A DNA stretch of 64,000 bases from an uncultured Erysipelotrichaceae bacterium (GCA_902798815.1 CADBYH010000002.1:23998-87997), one strand, 5' to 3'. Shown: positions 30,253 through 39,879, counted from the first letter of the stretch. Translations and numbers: made by a program. Notes: generated from the sequence alone by a model not told the origin.

Positions 30253-30415
30253 TATCAAATAATTCCCCCTTACATGAAAACAATTACATGTTTTCAAATT
30301 AGTTTTATCATAAAATTTTGTTGATTTTTGTCGTAAAATGTCAAAAAAATTTTATTCAATATTATTATTAGAAAAAAGAAGAAAAAATACAAAAAAAAAA
30401 GAGAAAATTCTCTTT

Positions 30416-31543
30416 TTAATATGTTCTTATTGGTAAAACTAATTGTGTTAAACTCTCATCTTCATCAGACTTTATTAATATAGGTTTAATTTCTCCTACA
30501 AAATGTAAATCCACTTTTTCTGTGGAAAAACTCTTCAAAGCCTCCATCATATACTTTGCACTAAAAGATATCTTAATATCTTCATCATTATTCTTATCTA
30601 TAATCATTTTTTCCTCTACTCTACCAATTTCAACAGAACTACTCTTTAAAATTAAAGTATTTCCTTGAGTTTCTAAAGTAACAATATTCTTTTCTTTATC
30701 ACTAGTTAAAATACTTACTCTATCAATAACGCTATAAAAATCATTTAAATTAGTACTAACAATCATCATAGAATCATCAGGAAGCAAATTAGAAGTATTA
30801 GGATATGTACCATTAATTAATCTAGATTCAAATTTTAAATTATTATTTTTGAACAATATTTTATTATTAAAGATATGTAATTCAACAATATCTTCATCAT
30901 TTCCTAATATTTTAGTAAATTCCAATAAATTATGACTAGGTATTACAATATTATAGTTTTCTTCACTTGCTTTATTTAATTTAATAATTTTTCTTGCTAA
31001 ACGATAAGAATCTGTAGAATTACATTCTAGTATATCCCCTACTATATTAAAATTAATTCCTGTCAAAACAGGTTTACTTTCTTCATTTGAAGTAGCAAAA
31101 GCAGTTTGATTAACAATATTTTTTAATATTCCTGCATTTATATCAATTTTCTTTTTACTTTCTTCTAAACTTATATTAGGATATTCAGACTCACTGATTC
31201 CATTAAGATTAAATTCACTATTTTCAGTATAAATAAGTATTTTTAATTCATCAATTACTTCTATATTAATATATTTATCAGGTAATTTTCTTGTAATATC
31301 AAGAATATACTTTCCTTGAATAATAATACTACCCTCTTTTTCTATAGTAAAATCATCATCATTATTACATTCTATAACATCTTGAATAGTAATATCATTA
31401 TCACTAGCAGTTAAAATTAATTTTTTCTTTTTTAAATCAAATTTAATTCCTCCTAAAACAGGTATTAAATTTTTAGTTGATAAAGCTTTTGATACTTTAA
31501 TAAGTCCATCTAATAATAAATCTTTTTTAATAGTAAATTTCAT
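30416..31543 (-). CDS. dnaN: DNA polymerase III beta sliding clamp
   Basis: 375 aa, MKFTIKKDLLLDGL start, three-domain clamp length, LPIRTY end, directly downstream of dnaA. Confidence 0.97.
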   Translation of the reverse strand: MKFTIKKDLLLDGLIKVSKALSTKNLIPVLGGIKFDLKKKKLILTASDNDITIQDVIECNNDDDFTIEKEGSIIIQGKYILDITRKLPDKYINIEVIDELKILIYTENSEFNLNGISESEYPNISLEESKKKIDINAGILKNIVNQTAFATSNEESKPVLTGINFNIVGDILECNSTDSYRLARKIIKLNKASEENYNIVIPSHNLLEFTKILGNDEDIVELHIFNNKILFKNNNLKFESRLINGTYPNTSNLLPDDSMMIVSTNLNDFYSVIDRVSILTSDKEKNIVTLETQGNTLILKSSSVEIGRVEEKMIIDKNNDEDIKISFSAKYMMEALKSFSTEKVDLHFVGEIKPILIKSDEDESLTQLVLPIRTY

Positions 31544-31582
31544 AATAATTCCTTCTTTCTTTTAATATATTCATATTATTAC

Positions 31583-31653
31583 TGTGGAAAATGTTAATAA
31601 TATGTATTTTTCTTTATATTTGACAAAAAATCATAACAATTTAATGTGGAAAA
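31583..31653. promoter_or_regulatory. oriC part 2: DnaA boxes in the dnaA-dnaN spacer
   Basis: TGTGGAAAA occurs at 31583-31591 and 31645-31653 (8/9 to TGTGGATAA), each followed by (A)TGTTAA, in a 130-bp AT-rich spacer. Confidence 0.7.
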
Positions 31654-31673
31654 AATGTTAACAAATATATTTT

Positions 31674-33053
31674 TTAAACAATACCAATATCATTTTTTAA
31701 TTTTTCAATAATATTAGCAAGGTCTTTATTTTCTCTAATCTCTTTTTCAATCTTCTCAACAGAATGCATAACTGTAGAATGATCTTTTCCTCCAAATTCT
31801 ATACCTATTTTAGGAAAAGATTCACTTGTTAATGTTCTACATAAATACATAGCAATCTGTCTTGGAAAAGAAATATTAGAACTTCTTTTCTTACTCCTTA
31901 TATCTTCAACAGAAATTTGAAAGTACTCGGAAACAATTTTTTGAATACGATGGACATCATTTTTTTCAACAATACCCATTGTATTAAAATCTTTTAATGC
32001 TTCCATTGCAAGATCAAGGTTAATACTTTCTCCTCCCATTATTGTTGAATAAGCAATTAATCTTGTTATAGCACCTTCCAAATGTCTAACATCTGGACCT
32101 ATATTAGTTGCAATAAATTCAATAACATCTTCCGGTATATCTTTTTCAAAATTACCAGCTATAATCTTTTTATTTAATATATCTTTTCTTAAATTATAAT
32201 CAGGTGGTGATATATTAACTCTTAATCCCCAACTAAACCTGGTTCTAAGTCTATCTTCAAGTTGTTTTAAATCATCAGGACTTCTATCAGATGAAACAAT
32301 AATTTGCTTACTATCATTAAATAAATTATTGAAAGTATGAAAAAATTCTTGCTGAGATTGTTGTGCTCCTCCTAAATATTGTATATCATCAATAATCAAA
32401 ACATCAATATTTCTATATTTATCTTTAAAAAATTCAACATAATTAAAGTTTGTCCCAGAATCATCTTTTCTATTTGTTTTAACAAATTCATCAACAAATT
32501 GTTCACTGGTAACATATAAAACTCTTTTATCCGAATTATCTTGAATAAAATTACCAATAGCATGCATTAAATGCGTTTTACCTACCCCACTATTACCATA
32601 TAAAAACAAAGGATTGTATATTCTACCAGGATTTTCAGCAACAGATAAAGCAGCAGCATGTGCGAATTTATTTGAATTTCCTACAATAAAATTATCAAAA
32701 GTGTAATTACGATTTAAATTAGAATTAATTTTACTATTTATTGAAACTCTATTATTATCTTTTAAATCAGATAAAATATCATCAACTTCATCTTTTTCAT
32801 CTTCTATTTCTTCCCTGAGTAAAAATACTAAATCATAATTATTATTAGTTAAAGCATATAAATTAGATGATATTAAATCATAATAATTATCTAACAAATG
32901 TTTTTTATGAATAGGCATAGGAACAATTATATATGCCTTATCACTATTTAATTTATAAAGTTCCGTTTCATCAAACCAAGTATTATAAGAAAGAGAGGTT
33001 AGTTTGTCTTTAATATTATCAAGTAAATTAGACCATATAATATCTACATTCAA
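31674..33053 (-). CDS. dnaA: Chromosomal replication initiator DnaA
   Basis: Walker A GNSGVGKTHL, DDIQ, and a C-terminal DNA-binding domain (DHSTVMH). The likely TTG start at 33053 lies 8 nt after GGGGAG. The track start at 33071 is also TTG. Confidence 0.96.
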   Translation of the reverse strand: MNVDIIWSNLLDNIKDKLTSLSYNTWFDETELYKLNSDKAYIIVPMPIHKKHLLDNYYDLISSNLYALTNNNYDLVFLLREEIEDEKDEVDDILSDLKDNNRVSINSKINSNLNRNYTFDNFIVGNSNKFAHAAALSVAENPGRIYNPLFLYGNSGVGKTHLMHAIGNFIQDNSDKRVLYVTSEQFVDEFVKTNRKDDSGTNFNYVEFFKDKYRNIDVLIIDDIQYLGGAQQSQQEFFHTFNNLFNDSKQIIVSSDRSPDDLKQLEDRLRTRFSWGLRVNISPPDYNLRKDILNKKIIAGNFEKDIPEDVIEFIATNIGPDVRHLEGAITRLIAYSTIMGGESINLDLAMEALKDFNTMGIVEKNDVHRIQKIVSEYFQISVEDIRSKKRSSNISFPRQIAMYLCRTLTSESFPKIGIEFGGKDHSTVMHSVEKIEKEIRENKDLANIIEKLKNDIGIV

Positions 33054-33139
33054 ACTACCATCTCCCCACAAGAATAATTAATTAAATTTTATTCTACATT
33101 AAATTAAAAAAAAAATAAACGTTTTTTTAATAAAAATAT

Positions 33140-33297
33140 TAATCCACAAAGAGTTCACAGAATTATCAACAACTTAAAATACCATAAAATAACAATAAAT
33201 GACATTTTTCCACATTTTCCACAAATTTTTAATTAACATAGTTATTAAAGTATTCCACATATCTGTGGAAATTGTTAAAAATAAAAAAAAAAAAAAA
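33140..33297. promoter_or_regulatory. oriC part 1: DnaA-box cluster and A15 tract between dnaA and rpmH
   Basis: Boxes are TAATCCACA 33140-48, tandem TTTTCCACA 33206-14 and 33215-23, and TATTCCACA 33251-59 facing TGTGGAAAT 33264-72. An A15 run spans 33283-97. Gene orientation switches here. Confidence 0.85.
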
Positions 33298-33316
33298 CAA
33301 ATATATAAGTTTTTAT

Positions 33317-33346
33317 TTGACAAAATGACTATATTATTATTATAAT
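33317..33346 (+). promoter_or_regulatory. Sigma-A-type promoter for rpmH-rnpA
   Basis: TTGACA, an 18-bp spacer, then TATAAT. Confidence 0.6.
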
Positions 33347-33376
33347 AATGTAGATTTATGTCGGGAGGTGGAAGCA

Positions 33377-33499
33377 ATGAAAAGAACATATCAACCAAAC
33401 AATCGTAAGAAATCAAAAAAATTAGGATTTTTTGCACGTAAAAAAACAAATATTTTGAATCGTCGTCGTCGTAAAGGACGTAAAAGGCTTTGTAAATAA
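33377..33499 (+). CDS. rpmH: 50S ribosomal protein L34 (short, 40 aa; absent from ORF track)
   Basis: Hand translation gives MKRTYQPNNRKKSKKLGFFARKKTNILNRRRRKGRKRLCK. GGGAGGTGG RBS. Confidence 0.93.
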   Translation: MKRTYQPNNRKKSKKLGFFARKKTNILNRRRRKGRKRLCK

Positions 33500-33502
33500 A
33501 GT

Positions 33503-33528
33503 ACCGCTGTTTAAATCAGTGGTTTTTT
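33503..33528 (+). terminator. Hairpin plus T-run between rpmH and rnpA (attenuator/terminator)
   Basis: ACCGCTG-TTTAAAT-CAGTGGT followed by TTTTT. Confidence 0.6.
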
Positions 33529-33542
33529 ACTTTTAGAGGAAA

Positions 33543-33866
33543 GTGATTTTTTTGAAAAAAAAATATATAGTTAAAGAAAATAAGGATTTTGAAAAAATAA
33601 TAAAAGAAGGAAAATTACGTAAAAATAGGAGTTTTTTAGTATATTCTCTAGATAATAATCTAACATATAATAAATATGGAATATCAGTAAGCAAAAAATT
33701 AGGAAATGCAGTATTTAGAAATAAATGTAAAAGAAAAATAAGATCAATAATAGATAATTTAAAAAAAGACTATAATATAGGAAAGAATTATATTATAATA
33801 ACAAGGAAAGGTGCATTAGATAAAAATTATCAAGAATTAAATAATGATTTATCTAATTTAATATAA
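33543..33866 (+). CDS. rnpA: Ribonuclease P protein component
   Basis: Basic 107-aa protein with the GNAVFRNKCKR (RNR-like) motif. GTG start, downstream of rpmH. Confidence 0.9.
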   Translation: MIFLKKKYIVKENKDFEKIIKEGKLRKNRSFLVYSLDNNLTYNKYGISVSKKLGNAVFRNKCKRKIRSIIDNLKKDYNIGKNYIIITRKGALDKNYQELNNDLSNLI

Positions 33867-33881
33867 TAGAAAGGAAAAAAT

Positions 33882-34811
33882 ATGAAAAAGAAGAAATTAT
33901 TTGTACTATTAGCATTATTATTAATTATTTTTACTTCAGGATGTACTAAAGTATTAACAGATAAAAATAATAAACCAGTAAAAAATGAAACAACTGGTCA
34001 AACATTAACAAAAAATATACTTTGTAGACCAACAAATAAAACAACACAAGAAATATACAAGAAAAATAAAGTAAATATAGATAAATTACCAGAATGTAAA
34101 GACTTTAAGATAACTTCAGGTAAATATGAAAGTATATGGACATCAATTTTTGTTAAACCATTAGCATATATCCTATTAAAAATAGGAGAATTAGTAAAAA
34201 ATTATGGTATTTCAGTTATTATTGTTAGTATTTTAATAAGGTTAGTAGCATATCCATTAACAAAAAAAGCAGCTATGCAATCTGAAATAATAAAAAAAGC
34301 ACAACCAGAATTAAATAGAATACAAAAGAAATACGAAAATAAAAAAGATCAAGAATCAATGATGAAACAAAATCAAGAAATGATGGCAGTATATCAAAAA
34401 TACAAAATAAATCCAATGGCAGGATGTTTATTTGCATTTATTCAATTACCAATATTTATTGCTTTCTTTGAAGCAGTACAAAGAACACCAGTAATATTTG
34501 AAGACAGATTTTTAGGATTACAACTTGGGACAACACCATCAGTTGGAATAAGAACAGCATACTTTTTTGCATATATTATATTAATGTTAATAATTGCCGG
34601 AACAACATATTATTCATTCAAAATCAACAGTGCTAATACAGTCCAAGATCCATCAATGAAAATGATGCCAGTAATGATGACAATAATGATAATAATAACT
34701 GCAGCATTTATGCCAACAGGATTAGGTATTTACTGGGTGACATCTAATATATTTACAATATTCCAAAATATATTAGTTAAAAGGAGTAGTGAGAAAAATG
34801 GAAAAGCATAA
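33882..34811 (+). CDS. yidC: Membrane protein insertase YidC/SpoIIIJ (lipoprotein type)
   Basis: Lipobox FTSGC, then the YidC core (PLTKKAAMQS..., GCLFAFIQLPIF, GLGIYWVTSN). Confidence 0.93.
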   Translation: MKKKKLFVLLALLLIIFTSGCTKVLTDKNNKPVKNETTGQTLTKNILCRPTNKTTQEIYKKNKVNIDKLPECKDFKITSGKYESIWTSIFVKPLAYILLKIGELVKNYGISVIIVSILIRLVAYPLTKKAAMQSEIIKKAQPELNRIQKKYENKKDQESMMKQNQEMMAVYQKYKINPMAGCLFAFIQLPIFIAFFEAVQRTPVIFEDRFLGLQLGTTPSVGIRTAYFFAYIILMLIIAGTTYYSFKINSANTVQDPSMKMMPVMMTIMIIITAAFMPTGLGIYWVTSNIFTIFQNILVKRSSEKNGKA

Positions 34812-35415
34812 TTATGTAGGAAAAACAAAAGAAGAAGCAATTCAAAAAGCAAAAGAAGAATTACAAGAAATAGAAGAAAACTTATTTATAAAAGAATTAA
34901 GTGAATCAAAAGGTGGTTTATTTAAAAGTAAAAAAGTAGAAATAGAAGTAATAGAAAAAAGAGAAGTTTTAAAATATATTAAAGATTATTTAATTAAAAT
35001 ATTAAAATGTATGGGATTTAATGTAAATGTAGAAATAAAGAATAAAGAATCAATTCCAAAATATATTATTTTTTCAGATAATGATGCATTATTAATAGGA
35101 AAAAATGGAAAAAATTTAAAGGCTCTATCTACTTTAGTAAGTCAACATTTAAATAATGAACTTGGAAAAAACTATAAATTCACAATAGATATAAATGAAT
35201 ATAAAGAAAAAAGAGAAAAATCAATAGAAAGATTAGCAAAAAATATCGCAAGAGAAGTTAGAAATACAAAAGTAGAAGCAAAGATGGATTCTATGAATTC
35301 TTATGAAAGAAGAATAGTACATAACATTTTAACAAACTTCAAAGGAGTTTATACAGAAAGTGAAGGAGAAGAACCAAATCGTTATGTAGTAATAAAACCA
35401 AAAGAAGAAAAATAA
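34798..35415 (+). CDS. jag: RNA-binding protein Jag/KhpB (KH + R3H)
   Basis: R3H motif SYERRIVH and a KH-like segment. ATG at 34798 is preferred over GTG at 34789 because of the RBS spacing. Confidence 0.9.
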   Translation: MEKHNYVGKTKEEAIQKAKEELQEIEENLFIKELSESKGGLFKSKKVEIEVIEKREVLKYIKDYLIKILKCMGFNVNVEIKNKESIPKYIIFSDNDALLIGKNGKNLKALSTLVSQHLNNELGKNYKFTIDINEYKEKREKSIERLAKNIAREVRNTKVEAKMDSMNSYERRIVHNILTNFKGVYTESEGEEPNRYVVIKPKEEK

Positions 35416-35451
35416 TCTTCTTTTTTTGTTATAATAATTATAGGTGATTAT

Positions 35452-35814
35452 ATGAATAAAGAACAATTAAAATATTATTTAGAAGGAATAATGAATATGT
35501 CTTCTTCATTATCAGATTATATAGGACCATCCTACATTAACGTTGAATGCTATGATAAAAAAGAATTTAAAAGGGATATCTCCCCTACTTCTTTATCTCT
35601 AGAAGAAAAATTAAGAGAATGGTTTTGTAATGAAGAAAAGATGATAGAAAGTATTATATATTGGATCAATTTAAAAATAGGAGGAAAGAAAAAAATATTA
35701 AATTTAGAAGAAAAAATTAATATTAATACTACCCTATTTTCTTTTATTGAAGACTCATTTATATTAGCTACTGAAAAATATATAATTCTATTTATACTAG
35801 GAAATAATGAATAA
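35452..35814 (+). CDS. Hypothetical protein (120 aa)
   Basis: AGGTGA RBS and its own terminator. I recognise no motif. It is inserted between jag and mnmE. Confidence 0.6.
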   Translation: MNKEQLKYYLEGIMNMSSSLSDYIGPSYINVECYDKKEFKRDISPTSLSLEEKLREWFCNEEKMIESIIYWINLKIGGKKKILNLEEKININTTLFSFIEDSFILATEKYIILFILGNNE

Positions 35815-35836
35815 ACATCTATTAAGATGTTTTTTT
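35813..35836 (+). terminator. Rho-independent terminator
   Basis: AAACATCT-ATTA-AGATGTTT followed by TTTT. Confidence 0.75.
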
Positions 35837-35981
35837 ACATTCTTTACATAATAAAACATTGAAATTTCAATAATAATAATAAATTAATGATAAAATTATA
35901 ATAACATGGGAGATTATAAACATTTATATTTATATATTAAATTAAATATGTTATAATATATCAGAAAAAAGGAGGGATACC

Positions 35982-37343
35982 ATGAATGATACAATATGTG
36001 CTATTTCAACAAGTAACGGAATTGGAGCCATATCAATTGTAAGAGTAAGTGGAGAAGAATCTATAAATATTGTAAATCAAATATTTAAAGGTAAAGATTT
36101 AAATAAAGTAGAATCACATACAATAAATTATGGTCATATAGTAGAAAATGGTAAAACTATTGACGAAGTATTAGTATCTATAATGAAAGCACCAAAAACT
36201 TTTACTATGGAAGATATTGTTGAAATAAATACACATGGAGGTATTGCTCCTACAAATAAAGTATTAGAATTACTATTAGAAAAAGGATGTAGATTAGCTG
36301 AACCAGGAGAATTTACTAAAAGAGCATTTCTAAATGGTAGAATAGATTTACTAGAAGCAGAAGCAGTAATGGATATGATTGATTCAAAAACAGATACACA
36401 AAGACAGATGGCAATGAATCAAATTAATGGAAAAACATCAGATTTAATTAATCAATTAAGAGATGATATGGTTCAAATAATATCAAATATAAATGTTAAT
36501 ATAGATTATCCAGAATATGATGATGTAGAAATAATGACAAATGAGATATTAATTCCAAAAATTGAAAAATTAAAAATAAAAATAGAAGAAATATTAAAAG
36601 AATCGCAAAATGGTAAAATCATAAAAGAAGGAATAAATACATCAATAATAGGAAAACCAAATGTAGGAAAGAGTTCATTACTAAATACATTACTAGAAGA
36701 AGACAAAGCAATAGTAACAGATATAGCAGGAACAACAAGAGATATTGTAGAAGGACAAATAAAAATAAATGGAATAGTTTTAAATATGATAGATACGGCA
36801 GGAATAAGAGAAACAACAGATAAAATAGAAGCAATAGGAGTCGAAAAAAGTAAAAAAATAATGGAATCATCAGATTTAGTCTTATTAATGCTTAATAATA
36901 ATGAAAAAATTTCAAGAGATACAAAAGAATTAATAGAAATGGCTAAAAGAAAAAAATATTTACTATTAATAAATAAAATAGATTTAGAAAAAAGGATAAA
37001 TATAGAAGAATTAAATATTGAGTCAGATAAAATAATTGAATTAAGTGTAATAAACAATAAAGGAATAGAAGAATTAAAAAATAAGATAATAGAAATGTTT
37101 AACATTAATGAATTAGAAGTAAAAGATCCAACATATTTAAGTAATACAAGAAGTATTAGTATACTTAAGAAATGTTTAGAATCAATAATAGATGTAGAAC
37201 AAGGAATAAGAAATAATATGCCAATTGATATGGTTGAACTAGATATAAAAAATATATGGGAACAATTAGGAACAATCAATGGAACAACGTATGAAGAAGA
37301 ATTATTAGATGAAATGTTTTCAAGATTCTGTCTAGGAAAATAA
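35982..37343 (+). CDS. mnmE: tRNA modification GTPase MnmE
   Basis: GKPNVGKSSLLN and DTAGIR motifs, C-terminal CLGK. Confidence 0.97.
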   Translation: MNDTICAISTSNGIGAISIVRVSGEESINIVNQIFKGKDLNKVESHTINYGHIVENGKTIDEVLVSIMKAPKTFTMEDIVEINTHGGIAPTNKVLELLLEKGCRLAEPGEFTKRAFLNGRIDLLEAEAVMDMIDSKTDTQRQMAMNQINGKTSDLINQLRDDMVQIISNINVNIDYPEYDDVEIMTNEILIPKIEKLKIKIEEILKESQNGKIIKEGINTSIIGKPNVGKSSLLNTLLEEDKAIVTDIAGTTRDIVEGQIKINGIVLNMIDTAGIRETTDKIEAIGVEKSKKIMESSDLVLLMLNNNEKISRDTKELIEMAKRKKYLLLINKIDLEKRINIEELNIESDKIIELSVINNKGIEELKNKIIEMFNINELEVKDPTYLSNTRSISILKKCLESIIDVEQGIRNNMPIDMVELDIKNIWEQLGTINGTTYEEELLDEMFSRFCLGK

Positions 37344-37356
37344 AGAAGGTGAAAAA

Positions 37357-39225
37357 ATGTATGAAATAATAGTAGTAGGAGGGGGACACGCCGGATGTGA
37401 AGCAGCATATGCATCCGCAAAAAAAGGACATAAAACGCTACTAATAACAAGTAATATAAATAATATAGCAGATATGCCATGTAATCCACATATAGGTGGT
37501 AGTGCCAAAGGAATAGTAGTTAGAGAAATAGATGCTTTAGGTGGCATTATGGGAAAAATAGCAGATAAAACACACCTTCAAATTAAAATGCTAAATAGTG
37601 CCAAAGGACCAGCAGTTCAATCCTTAAGAGCCCAAGGAGATAAAGTTGAATATCCTAAAGAAATGTTAAAACAACTAAAATCGTTACAAAATTTAGAAAT
37701 AAAAGAAGCAATGGTAGAAGATTTATTAGTAAATAATAAAAAAGTAGAAGGAATAATCTTAGAAAATGGAGAAAAAATAAAATCACAAATAGTTATCTTA
37801 ACAACAGGAACATATTTAAAAGCAGATATATTAGTAGGTAACACAAGAACAAGACAAGGACCTCACGGAGAAAAACCATCAAATCATTTAAGTGATAAAT
37901 TAAAAGAATATGGTTTTAAAATAATAAGATTAAAAACAGGAACACCACAAAGAATAGATAGAAAAACAATAGATTTTACAAAATTAAAAGAAGAACCAGG
38001 TGATAATAAATATTTGACATTTAGTTTTGATTTAAAACCACAATATAAAATAGAAGAACAATTACCATGTCATTTAACATATACAACGCAAGAAACTCAT
38101 CAAATTATTATTGATAATTTAAAAAAATCAAGTATGTATGGAGCGTTAGATGATATAGAAGGTATAGGTCCTAGATATTGTCCATCAATAGAAGATAAAG
38201 TAGTAAGGTTTAAAGATAAAGAAAGACATCAATTGTTTGTAGAACCAGAAAGTAGATATTATGATGATATGTATCTACAAGGATTTTCTACATCAATGCC
38301 GAGGGAAATCCAAGAAAAAATGGTACATAGCCTACCAGGTTTTGAAAAAGCAAAAATATTAAAATATGGATATGCTATAGAATATGATGCAATATATCCA
38401 ACACAATTAAATAAATCTTTAGAAACAAAAGAATTAGAAAATCTATTTACAGCAGGACAAATAAATGGAACAAGTGGATATGAAGAAGCAGCATGTCAAG
38501 GATTAATGGCCGGAATAAATGCAAGTCTAAAATTAGAAAACAAAGAACCATTAATATTAAAAAGAAATGAAGCATATATAGGTGTATTAATAGATGATTT
38601 AATTACCAAAGGGATAAGAGATCCATACAGACTATTAACAAGTAGGGCAGAATTTAGACTTTTATTAAGAAGTGATAATGCAGATCAAAGACTAAGAAAA
38701 TATGGATATGAAATAGGACTAATAAATGAAGATCAAATTAGCAATCTAAAAAGAAAAGAAACAGAAATAAAAGAACTACTAAAAGAATTAGAAATAAGAA
38801 AACTAAAAATCACAGATTCTGTGGAAAAAAAGTTTAATGAATATAGTATTCAAATCCCCACTTCAACAATGACATATTATCAATTATTGAAAAGACCAGA
38901 AATAACAATGGATTTTTTGGAAAACTTTGAATCCATTCCATACTCAGATGAAGTAAAAGAACAAGTAGAAATATACTTAAAATATGAAGGATATATAAAA
39001 AAGGCCTATAAAGAAGCAGGAAAGTTAATTAAGTTGGAAAAAAAACAAATTCCAACAGATATTGATTATGACAAAATAAAAAATATTGCTAGTGAAGCAC
39101 GACAAAAATTAAAAGAGGTAAGACCAACAACAATAGCTCAAGCAATAAGAATAAGTGGTGTAAATCCTTCAGATATATCAATACTTTCAGTATATCTAAA
39201 AAAGGAGTATCCAAAATATGAATAA
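37357..39225 (+). CDS. mnmG: tRNA uridine 5-carboxymethylaminomethyl modification enzyme MnmG
   Basis: VVGGGHAGCEAA FAD motif, 622 aa. Confidence 0.97.
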   Translation: MYEIIVVGGGHAGCEAAYASAKKGHKTLLITSNINNIADMPCNPHIGGSAKGIVVREIDALGGIMGKIADKTHLQIKMLNSAKGPAVQSLRAQGDKVEYPKEMLKQLKSLQNLEIKEAMVEDLLVNNKKVEGIILENGEKIKSQIVILTTGTYLKADILVGNTRTRQGPHGEKPSNHLSDKLKEYGFKIIRLKTGTPQRIDRKTIDFTKLKEEPGDNKYLTFSFDLKPQYKIEEQLPCHLTYTTQETHQIIIDNLKKSSMYGALDDIEGIGPRYCPSIEDKVVRFKDKERHQLFVEPESRYYDDMYLQGFSTSMPREIQEKMVHSLPGFEKAKILKYGYAIEYDAIYPTQLNKSLETKELENLFTAGQINGTSGYEEAACQGLMAGINASLKLENKEPLILKRNEAYIGVLIDDLITKGIRDPYRLLTSRAEFRLLLRSDNADQRLRKYGYEIGLINEDQISNLKRKETEIKELLKELEIRKLKITDSVEKKFNEYSIQIPTSTMTYYQLLKRPEITMDFLENFESIPYSDEVKEQVEIYLKYEGYIKKAYKEAGKLIKLEKKQIPTDIDYDKIKNIASEARQKLKEVRPTTIAQAIRISGVNPSDISILSVYLKKEYPKYE

Positions 39226-39853
39226 AGAAGAGTTTATAGAAGAACTAAAAAAGATTAATATAAATCCAACAGAAAAACAACTAAATCAATTAGATAGTTA
39301 TTATAAACTATTAGTTGAATGGAATAAAAAAATCAATCTAACAAGAATAATAGAAGAAGAAGAAGTATATTTAAAACATTTTTATGATAGTTTAACAATT
39401 AATAAAGTTATAGACTTAAATAAAGTAAAAACAATGTGTGATGTAGGTACAGGAGCAGGATTTCCAGGAATAGTAATAAAAATAATATTTCCTAATATAA
39501 AAACAACTCTAGTAGATTCACTTCAAAAAAGAGTAAATTATTTAAATGAAGTAATAAAAGAATTAAAATTAAATGATATAAAAGCAATACATGTAAGAGG
39601 AGAAGATTATAAAGAAACATTTGATTTAGTAACATCGAGAGCAGTAGCAAACATAGAAAAATTAGTGAAATACACAATGCATTTGGTAAAGAAAGATGGA
39701 ACATTCATAGGAATGAAAGGAAATATAGACGAAGAATTAACACAAAATGTTAGAAAAGAAATAGAAAAAAAATATATTATAGAAAAAATAGAATATTTTG
39801 AATTACCAAAAGAACAGAGTAAAAGAAGTCTAATAATAATTAAAAACAAATAG
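39218..39853 (+). CDS. rsmG: 16S rRNA (guanine527-N7)-methyltransferase
   Basis: WNKKINLT and DVGTGAGFPG motifs. Confidence 0.95.
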   Translation: MNKEEFIEELKKININPTEKQLNQLDSYYKLLVEWNKKINLTRIIEEEEVYLKHFYDSLTINKVIDLNKVKTMCDVGTGAGFPGIVIKIIFPNIKTTLVDSLQKRVNYLNEVIKELKLNDIKAIHVRGEDYKETFDLVTSRAVANIEKLVKYTMHLVKKDGTFIGMKGNIDEELTQNVRKEIEKKYIIEKIEYFELPKEQSKRSLIIIKNK

Positions 39854-39879
39854 AATATGGAGAAACATATTCTTTTTTT
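39853..39879 (+). terminator. Rho-independent terminator after rsmG
   Basis: GAATATG-GAGAAA-CATATTC followed by TTTTTTT. Confidence 0.75.

Noticed and set aside
33174-33449. 91-aa minus-strand ORF spanning oriC and rpmH
   Set aside because: It runs through the DnaA boxes, the A15 tract (read as FFFF) and the antisense of rpmH. rpmH on the plus strand is unambiguous.
36506-37489. 327-aa ORF (and nested 83-aa ORF) antisense to mnmE
   Set aside because: The translation is low-complexity L/F/S/I-rich sequence with no RBS. It lies opposite a strongly conserved gene. Long antisense ORFs of this kind are expected in purine-rich, AT-rich coding strands.
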